Below the pieces are notes generated by a model. That model made no database searches. It was not told where the DNA came from and saw only the letters and a list, made by a program, of their open reading frames with translations. A stretch of 64,000 nt of DNA from Auanema rhodensis. Taxonomy: Eukaryota; Animalia; Nematoda. Where the stretch lies: NCBI GenBank assembly GCA_964057225.1, contig CAXKVF010000073.1, positions 682,001-746,000 of the forward strand. Direction: 5' to 3'. The position numbers and the translations under genes were made by a program. Shown piece after piece: positions 1-10,211 of the stretch. Each line of letters opens with the position of its first letter. Within the stretch, counting starts at the first letter, position 1.

Positions 1-55
1 TTTAGACTAATATGGACATGGGGAATCTAATTTTGAAAACCGCATCTCTTTATCT

Positions 56-65
56 TTCACGTGAA
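56..65. other. Perfect 10-bp palindrome TTCACGTGAA containing E-box/G-box CACGTG, repeated in essentially every monomer
   Basis: Read directly at 56-65. CACGTG is the canonical bHLH/bHLH-ZIP E-box (plant G-box). Binding is not demonstrated. Confidence 0.85.
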
Positions 66-87
66 GCGAGTTACATACCAAGTGCAC

Positions 88-95
88 ATCACGTG
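88..95 (+). other. ATCACGTG, second E-box, exact match to the RTCACRTG (CDEI/Cbf1-type) consensus, present in almost every monomer
   Basis: Read directly. It lies inside the imperfect inverted repeat AAGTGCACA-tcacg-TGTACATTT (80-102). Motif match only. Confidence 0.7.
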
Positions 96-99
96 TACA

Positions 100-119
100 T
101 TTAATTAGCATAAATTAAA
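100..119. other. Inverted repeat TTTAATT-agcata-AATTAAA (7-bp arms), per monomer
   Basis: Arms 100-106 and 113-119 are exact reverse complements. Confidence 0.85.
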
Positions 120-138
120 GTTCACGTAAATTTCAAAG

Positions 139-153
139 TCATGGTTACCATGA
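139..153. other. 15-bp interrupted palindrome TCATGGT-T-ACCATGA (contains BstEII site GGTNACC), per monomer
   Basis: Arms 139-145 and 147-153 are exact reverse complements. It is the longest near-contiguous dyad in the monomer. Confidence 0.9.
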
Positions 154-176
154 ACCAATATCAATAAAAATTTGTT

Positions 177-2464
177 TTTAGACTAATATGGACATGGGGA
201 ATCTAATTTTGAAAACCGCATCTCTTTATCTTTCACGTGAAGCGAGTTACATACCAAGTGCACATCACGTGTACATTTAATTAGCATAAATTAAAGTTCA
301 CGTAAATTTCAAAGTCATGGTTACCATGAACTAATATCAATAAAAATTTGTTTTTAGACTAATATGGACATGGGGAATCTAATTTTGAAAACCGCATCTC
401 TTTATCTTTCACGTGAAGCGAGTTACATACCAAGTGCACATCACGTGTACATTTAATTAGCATAAATTAAAGTTCACGTAAATTTCAAAGTCATGGTTAC
501 CATGAACCAATATCAATAAAAATTTGTTTTTAGACTAATATGGACATGGGGAATCTAATTTTGAAAACCGCATCTCTTTATCTTTCACGTGAAGCGAGTT
601 ACATACCAAGTGCACATCACGTGTACATTTAATTAGCATAATTTAAAGTTCACGTAAATTTCAAAGTCATGGTTACCATGCACCAATATCAATAAAAATT
701 TGTTTTTAGACTAATATGAACATGGGGAATCTAATTTTGAAAACCGCATCTCTTTATCTTTCACGTGAAGCGAGTTACATACCAAGTGCACATCACGTGT
801 ACATTTAATTAGCATAAATTAAAGTTCACGTAAATTTCAAAGTCATGGTTACCATGAACCAATATCAATAAAAATTTGTTTTTAGACTAATATGGACATG
901 GGGAATCTAATTTTGAAAACCGCATCTCTATATCTTTCACGTGAAGCGAGTAACATACCAAGTGCACATCACGTGTACATTTAATTAGCATAAATTAAAG
1001 TTCACGTAAATTTCAAAGTCATGGTTACCATGCACCAATATCAATAAAAATTTGTTTTTAGACTAATATGGACATGGGGAATCTAATTTTGAAAACCGCA
1101 TCTCTTTATCTTTCACGTGAAGCGAGTTACATACCAAGTGCACATCACGTGTACATTTAATTAGCATAAATTAAAGTTCACGTAAATTTCAAAGTCATGG
1201 TTACCATGCACCAATATCAATAAAAATTTGTTTTTAGACTAATATGAACATGGGGAATCTAATTTTGAAAACCGCATCTCTTTATCTTTCACGTGAAGCG
1301 AGTTACATACCAAGTGCACATCACGTGTACATTTAATTAGCATAAATTAAAGTTCACGTAAATTTCAAAGTCATGGTTACCATGAAGCAATATCAATAAA
1401 AATTTGTTTTTAGACTAATATGGACATGGGGAATCTAATTTTGAAAACCACATCTCTTTATCTCTCACGTGAAGCGAGTTACATACCAAGTGCACATCAC
1501 GTGTACATTTAATTAGCATAAATTAAAGTTCACGTAAATTTCAAAGTCATGGTTACCATGAACCAATATCAATAAAAATTTGTTTTTAGACTAATATGGA
1601 CATGGGGAATCTAATTTTGAAAACCGCATCTCTTTATCTTTCACGTGAAGCGAGTTACATACCAAGTGCACATCACGTGTACATTTAATTAGCATAAATT
1701 AAAGTTCACGTAAATTTCAAAGTCATGGTTACCATGAACTAATATCAATAAAAATTTGTTTTTAGACTAATATGGACATGGGGAATCTAATTTTGAAAAC
1801 CGCATCTCTTTATCTTTCACGTGAAGCGAGTTACATACCAAGTGCACATCACGTGTACATTTAATTAGCATAAATTAAAGTTCACGTAAATTTCAAAGTC
1901 ATGGTTACCATGAACCAATATCAATAAAAATTTGTTTTTAGACTAATATGGACATGGGGAATCTAATTTTGAAAACCGCATCTCTTTATCTTTCACGTGA
2001 AGCGAGTTACATACCAAGTGCACATCACGTGTACATTTAATTAGCATAATTTAAAGTTCACGTAAATTTCAAAGTCATGGTTACCATGCACCAATATCAA
2101 TAAAAATTTGTTTTTAGACTAATATGAACATGGGGAATCTAATTTTGAAAACCGCATCTCTTTATCTTTCACGTGAAGCGAGTTACATACCAAGTGCACA
2201 TCACGTGTACATTTAATTAGCATAAATTAAAGTTCACGTAAATTTCAAAGTCATGGTTACCATGAACCAATATCAATAAAAATTTGTTTTTAGACTAATA
2301 TGGACATGGGGAATCTAATTTTGAAAACCGCATCTCTATATCTTTCACGTGAAGCGAGTTACATACCAAGTGCACATCACGTGTACATTTAATTAGCATA
2401 AATTAAAGTTCACGTAAATTTCAAAGTCATGGTTACCATGCACCAATATCAATAAAAATTTGTT
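177..2464 (+). repeat. Local 8-monomer-offset duplication (177-1056 matches 1585-2464)
   Basis: The same ordered variant string (AACT, AACC, A114T+CACC, G15A, T50A+CACC) recurs 1408 bp apart; T50A at 930 and 2338. Confidence 0.85.
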
Positions 2465-5280
2465 TTTAGACTAATATGGACATGGGGAATCTAATTTTGA
2501 AAACCGCATCTCTTTATCTTTCACGTGAAGCGAGTTACATACCAAGTGCACATCACGTGTACATTTAATTAGCATAAATTAAAGTTCACGTAAATTTCAA
2601 AGTCATGGTTACCATGAACCAATATCAATAAAAATTTGTTTTTAGACTAATATGGACATGAGGAATCTAATTTTGAAAACCGCATCTCTTTATCTTTCAC
2701 GTGAAGCGAGTTACATACCAAGTGCACATCACGTGTACATTTAATTAGCATAAATTAAAGTTCACGTAAATTTCAAAGTCATGGTTACCATGAACCAATA
2801 TCAATAAAAATTTGTTTTTAGACTAATATGGACATGGGGAATCTAATTTTGAAAACCGCATCTCTTTATCTTTCACGTGAAGCGAGTTACATACCAAGTG
2901 CACATCACGTGTACATTTAATTAGCATAAATTAAAGTTCACGTAAATTTCAAAGTCATGGTTACCATGAACCAATATCAATAAAAATTTGTTTTTAGACT
3001 AATATGGACATGGGGAATCTAATTTTGAAAACCGCATCTCTTTATCTTTCACGTGAAGCGAGTTACATACCAAGTGCACATCACGTGTACATTTAATTAG
3101 CATAAATTAAAGTTCACGTAAATTTCAAAGTCATGGTTACCATGAACCAATATCAATAAAAATTTGTTTTTAGACTAATATGGACATGGGGAATCTAATT
3201 TTGAAAACCGCATCTCTTTATCTTTCACGTGAAGCGAGTTACATACCAAGTGCACATCACGTGTACATTTAATTAGCATAAATTAAAGTTCACGTAAACT
3301 TCAAAGTCATGGTTACCATGCACCAATATCAATAAAAATTTGTTTTTAGACTAATATGGACATGGGGAATCTAATTTTGAAAACCGCATCTCTTTATCTT
3401 TCACGTGAAGCGAGTTACATACCAAGTGCACATCACGTGTACATTTAATTAGCATAAATTAAAGTTCACGTAAATTTCAAAGTCATGGTTACCATGAACT
3501 AATATCAATAAAAATTTGTGTTAAGACTAATATGGACATGGGGAATCTAATTTTGAAAACCGCATCTCTTTATCTTTCACGTGAAGCGAGTTACATACCA
3601 AGTGCACATCACGTGTACATTTAATTAGCATAATTTAAAGTTCACGTAAATTTCAAAGTCATGGTTACCATGCACCAATATCAATAAAAATTTGTTTTTA
3701 GACTAATATGAACATGGGGAATCTAATTTTGAAAACCGCATCTCTTTATCTTTCACGTGAAGCGAGTTACATACCAAGTGCACATCACGTGTACATTTAA
3801 TTAGCATAAATTAAAGTTCACGTAAATTTCAAAGTCATGGTTACCATGCACCAATATCAATAAAAATTTGTTTTTAGACTAATATGGACATGGGGAATCT
3901 AATTTTGAAAACCGCATCTCTTTATCTTTCACGTGAAGCGAGTTACATACCAAGTGCACATCACGTGTACATTTAATTAGCATAAATTAAAGTTCACGTA
4001 AACTTCAAAGTCATGGTTACCATGCACCAATATCAATAAAAATTTGTTTTTAGACTAATATGGACATGGGGAATCTAATTTTGAAAACCGCATCTCTTTA
4101 TCTTTCACGTGAAGCGAGTTACATACCAAGTGCACATCACGTGTACATTTAATTAGCATAAATTAAAGTTCACGTAAATTTCAAAGTCATGGTTACCATG
4201 AAGCAATATCAATAAAAATTTGTTTTTAGACTAATATGGACATGGGGAATCTAATATTGAAAACCACATCTCTTTATCTTTCACGTGAAGCGAGTTACAT
4301 ACCAAGTGCACATCACGTGTACATTTAATTAGCATAAATTAAAGTTCACGTAAATTTCAAAGTCATGGTTACCATGAACCAATATCAATAAAAATTTGTT
4401 TTTAGACTAATATGGACATGGGGAATCTAATTTTGAAAACCGCATCTCTTTATCTTTCACGTGAAGCGAGTTACATACCAAGTGCACATCACGTGTACAT
4501 TTAATTAGCATAAATTAAAGTTCACGTAAATTTCAAAGTCATGGTTACCATGAACTAATATCAATAAAAATTTGTTTTTAGACTAATATGGACATGGGGA
4601 ATCTAATTTTGAAAACCGCATCTCTTTATCTTTCACGTGAAGCGAGTTACATACCAAGTGCACATCACGTGTACATTTAATTAGCATAAATTAAAGTTCA
4701 CGTAAATTTCAAAGTCATGGTTACCATGAACCAATATCAATAAAAATTTGTTTTTAGACTAATATGGACATGGGGAATCTAATTTTGAAAACCGCATCTC
4801 TTTATCTTTCACGTGAAGCGAGTTACATACCAAGTGCACATCACGTGTACATTTAATTAGCATAAATTAAAGTTCACGTAAATTTCAAAGTCATGGTTAC
4901 CATGAACTAATATCAATAAAAATTTGTTTTTAGACTAATATGGACATGGGGAATCTAATTTTGAAAACCGCATCTCTTTATCTTTCACGTGAAGCGAGTT
5001 ACATACCAAGTGCACATCACGTGTACATTTAATTAGCATAAATTAAAGTTCACGTAAATTTCAAAGTCATGGTTACCATGAACCAATATCAATGAAAATT
5101 TGTTTTTAGACTAATATGGACATGGGGAATCTAATTTTGAAAACCGCATCTCTTTATCTTTCACGTGAAGCGAGTTACATACCAAGTGCACATCACGTGT
5201 ACATTTAATTAGCATAAATTAAAGTTCACGTAAATTTCAAAGTCATGGTTACCATGAACCAATATCAATAAAAATTTGTT

Positions 5281-5459
5281 TTTAGACTAATATGGACATG
5301 AGGAATCTAATTTTGAAAAAAACCGCATCTCTTTATCTTTCACGTGAAGCGAGTTACATACCAAGTGCACATCACGTGTACATTTAATTAGCATAATTTA
5401 AAGTTCACGTAAATTTCAAAGTCATGGTTACCATGCACCAATATCAATAAAAATTTGTT
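5281..5459 (+). repeat. 179-bp monomer with A4-to-A7 homopolymer expansion
   Basis: TTTTGAAAAAAACCGC at 5311-5326 versus consensus TTTTGAAAACCGC. The register shifts by +3 afterwards. Confidence 0.95.
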
Positions 5460-6339
5460 TTTAGACTAATATGAACATGGGGAATCTAATTTTGAAAACC
5501 GCATCTCTTTATCTTTCACGTGAAGCGAGTTACATACCAAGTGCACATCACGTGTACATTTAATTAGCATAAATTAAAGTTCACGTAAATTTCAAAGTCA
5601 TGGTTACCATGCACCAATATCAATAAAAATTTGTTTTTAGACTAATATGGACATGGGGAATCTAATTTTGAAAACCGCATCTCTTTATCTTTCACGTGAA
5701 GCGAGTTACATACCAAGTGCACATCACGTGTACATTTAATTAGCATAAATTAAAGTTCACGTAAACTTCAAAGTCATGGTTACCATGCACCAATATCAAT
5801 AAAAATTTGTTTTTAGACTAATATGGACATGGGGAATCTAATTTTGAAAACCGCATCTCTTTATCTTTCACGTGAAGCGAGTTACATACCAAGTGCACAT
5901 CACGTGTACATTTAATTAGCATAAATTAAAGTTCACGTAAATTTCAAAGTCATGGTTACCATGAAGCAATATCAATAAAAATTTGTTTTTAGACTAATAT
6001 GGACATGGGGAATCTAATTTTGAAAACCACATCTCTTTATCTTTCACGTGAAGCGAGTTACATACCAAGTGCACATCACGTGTACATTTAATTAGCATAA
6101 ATTAAAGTTCACGTAAATTTCAAAGTCATGGTTACCATTCACCAATATCAATAAAAATTTGTTTTTAGACTAATATGGACATGGGGAATCTAATTTTGAA
6201 AACCGCATCTCTTTATCTTTCACGTGAAGCGAGTTACATACCAAGTGCACATCACGTGTACATTTAATTAGCATAAATTAAAGTTCACGTAAATTTCAAA
6301 GTCATGGTTACCATGCACCAATATCAATAAAAATTTGTT

Positions 6340-9300
6340 TTTAGACTAATATGGACATGGGGAATCTAATTTTGAAAACCGCATCTCTTTATCTTTCACG
6401 TGAAGCGAGTTACATACCAAGTGCACATCACGTGTACATTTAATTAGCATAAATTAAAGTTCACGTAAATTTCAAAGTCATGGTTACCATGAACCAATAT
6501 CAATAAAAATTTGTTTTTAGACTAATATGGACATGGGGAATCTAATTTTGAAAACCGCATCTCTTTATCTTTCACGTGAAGCGAGTTACATACCAAGTGC
6601 ACATCACGTGTACATTTAATTAGCATAAATTAAAGTTCACGTAAATTTCAAAGTCATGGTTACCATGAACTAATATCAATAAAAATTTGTTTTTAGACTA
6701 ATATGGACATGGGGAATCTAATTTTGAAAACCGCATCTCTTTATCTTTCACGTGAAGCGAGTTACATACCAAGTGCACATCACGTGTACAATTAATTAGC
6801 ATAAATTAAAGTTCACGTAAATTTCAAAGTCATGGTTACCATGAAGCAATATCAATAAAAATTTGTTTCTAGACTAATATGGACATGGGGAATCTAATTT
6901 TGAAAACCGCATCTCTTTATCTTTCACGTGAAGCGAGTTACATACCAAGTGCACATCACGTGTACATTTAATTAGCATAAATTAAAGTTCACGTAAATTT
7001 CAAAGTCATGGTTACCATGAACTAATATCAATAAAAATTTGTTTTTAGACTAATATGGACATGGGGAATCTAATTTTGAAAACCGCATCTCTTTATCTTT
7101 CACGTGAAGCGAGTTACATACCAAGTGCACATCACGTGTACATTTAATTAGCATAAATTAAAGTTCACGTAAATTTCAAAGTCATGGTTACCATGAACCA
7201 ATATCAATAAAAATTTGTTTTTAGACTAATATGGACATGGGGAATCTAATTTTGAAAACCGCATCTCTTTATCTTTCACGTGAAGCGAGTTACATACCAA
7301 GTGCACATCACGTGTACATTTAATTAGCATAAATTAAAGTTCACGTAAATTTCAAAGTCATGGTTACCATGAACTAATATCAATAAAAATTTGTTTTTAG
7401 ACTAATATGGACATGGGGAATTTAATTTTGAAAACCGCATCTCTTTATCTTTCACGTGAAGCGAGTTACATACCAAGTGCACATCACGTGTACAATTAAT
7501 TAGCATAAATTAAAGTTCACGTAAATTTCAAAGTCATGGTTACCATGAAGCAATATCAATAAAAATTTGTTTTTAGACTAATATGGACATGGGGAATCTA
7601 ATTTTGAAAACCGCATCTCTTTATCTTTCACGTGAAGCGAGTTACATACCAAGTGCACATCACGTGTACATTTAATTAGCATAAATTAAAGTTCACGTAA
7701 ATTTCAAAGTCATGGTTACCATGAACTAATATCAATAAAAATTTGTTTTTAGACTAATATGGACATGGGGAATCTAATTTTGAAAACCGCATCTCTTTAT
7801 CTTTCACGTGAAGCGAGTTACATACCAAGTGCACATCACGTGTACATTTAATTAGCATAAATTAAAGTTCACGTAAATTTCAAAGTCATGGTTACCATGA
7901 AGCAATATCAATAAAAATTTGTTTTTAGACTAATATGGACATGGGGAATCTAATTTTGAAAACCACATCTCTTTATCTTTCACGTGAAGCGAGTTACATA
8001 CCAAGTGCACATCACGTGTACATTTAATTAGCATAAATTAAAGTTCACGTAAATTTCAAAGTCATGGTTACCATGAACCAATATCAATAAAAATTTGTTT
8101 TTAGACTAATATGGACATGGGGAATCTAATTTTGAAAACCGCATCTCTTTATCTTTCACGTGAAGCGAGTTACATACCAAGTGCACATCACGTGTACATT
8201 TAATTAGCATAAATTAAAGTTCACGTAAATTTCAAAGTCATGGCTACCATGAACTAATATCAATAAAAATTTGTTTTTAGACTAATATGGACATGGGGAA
8301 TCTAATTTTGAAAACCGCATCTCTTTATCTTTCACGTGAAGCGAGTTACATACCAAGTGCACATCACGTGTACATTTAATTAGCATAAATTAAAGTTCAC
8401 GTAAATTTCAAAGTCATGGTTACCATGAACCAATATCAATAAAAATTTGTTTTTAGACTAATATGGACATGGGGAATCTAATTTTGAAAACCGCATCTCT
8501 TTATCTTTCACGTGAAGCGAGTTACATACCAAGTGCACATCACGTGTACATTTAATTAGCATAAATTAAAGTTCACGTAAATTTCAAAGTCATGGTTACC
8601 ATGAACTAATATCAATAAAAATTTGTTTTTAGACTAATATGGACATGGGGAATCTAATTTTGAAAACCGCATCTCTTTATCTTTCACGTGAAGCGAGTTA
8701 CATACCAAGTGCACATCACGTGTACAATTAATTAGCATAAATTAAAGTTCACGTAAATTTCAAAGTCATGGTTACCATGAAGCAATATCAATAAAAATTT
8801 GTTTCTAGACTAATATGGACATGGGGAATCTAATTTTGAAAACCGCATCTCTTTATCTTTCACGTGAAGCGAGTTACATACCAAGTGCACATCACGTGTA
8901 CATTTAATTAGCATAAATTAAAGTTCACGTAAATTTCAAAGTCATGGTTACCATGAACTAATATCAATAAAAATTTGTTTTTAGACTAATATGGACATGG
9001 GGAATCTAATTTTGAAAACCGCATCTCTTTATCTTTCACGTGAAGCGAGTTACATACCAAGTGCACATCACGTGTACATTTAATTAGCATAAATTAAAGT
9101 TCACGTAAATTTCAAAGTCATGGTTACCATGAACCAATATCAATAAAAATTTGTTTTTAGACTAATATGGACATGGGGAATCTAATTTTGAAAACCGCAT
9201 CTCTTTATCTTTCACGTGAAGCGAGTTACATACCAAGTGCACATCACGTGTACATTTAATTAGCATAAATTAAAGTTCACGTAAATTTCAAAGTCATGGT

Positions 9301-10211
9301 TACCATGAACTAATATCAATAAAAATTTGTTTTTAGACTAATATGGACATGGGGAATTTAATTTTGAAAACCGCATCTCTTTATCTTTCACGTGAAGCGA
9401 GTTACATACCAAGTGCACATCACGTGTACAATTAATTAGCATAAATTAAAGTTCACGTAAATTTCAAAGTCATGGTTACCATGAAGCAATATCAATAAAA
9501 ATTTGTTTTTAGACTAATATGGACATGGGGAATCTAATTTTGAAAACCGCATCTCTTTATCTTTCACGTGAAGCGAGTTACATACCAAGTGCACATCACG
9601 TGTACATTTAATTAGCATAAATTAAAGTTCACGTAAATTTCAAAGTCATGGTTACCATGAACTAATATCAATAAAAATTTGTTTTTAGACTAATATGGAC
9701 ATGGGGAATCTAATTTTGAAAACCGCATCTCTTTATCTTTCACGTGAAGCGAGTTACATACCAAGTGCACATCACGTGTACATTTAATTAGCATAAATTA
9801 AAGTTCACGTAAATTTCAAAGTCATGGTTACCATGAAGCAATATCAATAAAAATTTGTTTTTAGACTAATATGGACATGGGGAATCTAATTTTGAAAACC
9901 ACATCTCTTTATCTTTCACGTGAAGCGAGTTACATACCAAGTGCACATCACGTGTACATTTAATTAGCATAAATTAAAGTTCACGTAAATTTCAAAGTCA
10001 TGGTTACCATGAACCAATATCAATAAAAATTTGTTTTTAGACTAATATGGACATGGGGAATCTAATTTTGAAAACCGCATCTCTTTATCTTTCACGTGAA
10101 GCGAGTTACATACCAAGTGCACATCACGTGTACATTTAATTAGCATAAATTAAAGTTCACGTAAATTTCAAAGTCATGGTTACCATGAACTAATATCAAT
10201 AAAAATTTGTT
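6340..10211 (+). repeat. Tandem 11-mer higher-order duplication (2 x 1936 bp)
   Basis: C27T at 7422 and 9358, T2C at 6869 and 8805, G42A at 7965 and 9901, each 1936 bp (11x176) apart. Confidence 0.88.

Larger units (their letters stand above)
1..176 (+). repeat. Representative consensus monomer (176 bp, about 32% GC)
   Basis: The first unit carries the majority base at every variable site I tracked. It has a GC-richer core (41-98) with A/T tracts at 31-39, 100-119, 128-137 and 163-179. Confidence 0.95.

Noticed and set aside
152-157. Deliberate information encoding or synthetic construct in the four-state barcode
   Set aside because: The allele order follows the nested duplications defined by independent SNPs, which ordinary satellite turnover explains. 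There is no vector or linker sequence.
163-168. AATAAA polyadenylation signal and TATA-like or promoter motifs in each monomer
   Set aside because: Expected by chance in 68% AT DNA, with no gene context or transcript evidence.
1-176. Identity with known 171-178 bp satellites (Brassica CentBr, Arabidopsis CEN178, primate alpha satellite, honeybee AluI)
   Set aside because: Only the length is similar. I recognise no shared sequence, and the consensus lacks HindIII (AAGCTT) and AluI (AGCT) sites. A database search is needed for any assignment.
1-176. Tandem 5S rRNA, tRNA, snRNA or spliced-leader gene array
   Set aside because: No recognisable 5S sequence, tRNA cloverleaf, A/B boxes or convincing Sm-site context. 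An Rfam/Infernal search would settle it.
88-180. Budding-yeast point centromere (CDEI-CDEII-CDEIII)
   Set aside because: The CDEI-like octamer is present, but the downstream DNA is not a >90% AT CDEII, no CDEIII CCGAA core follows, and point centromeres are not tandem arrays.
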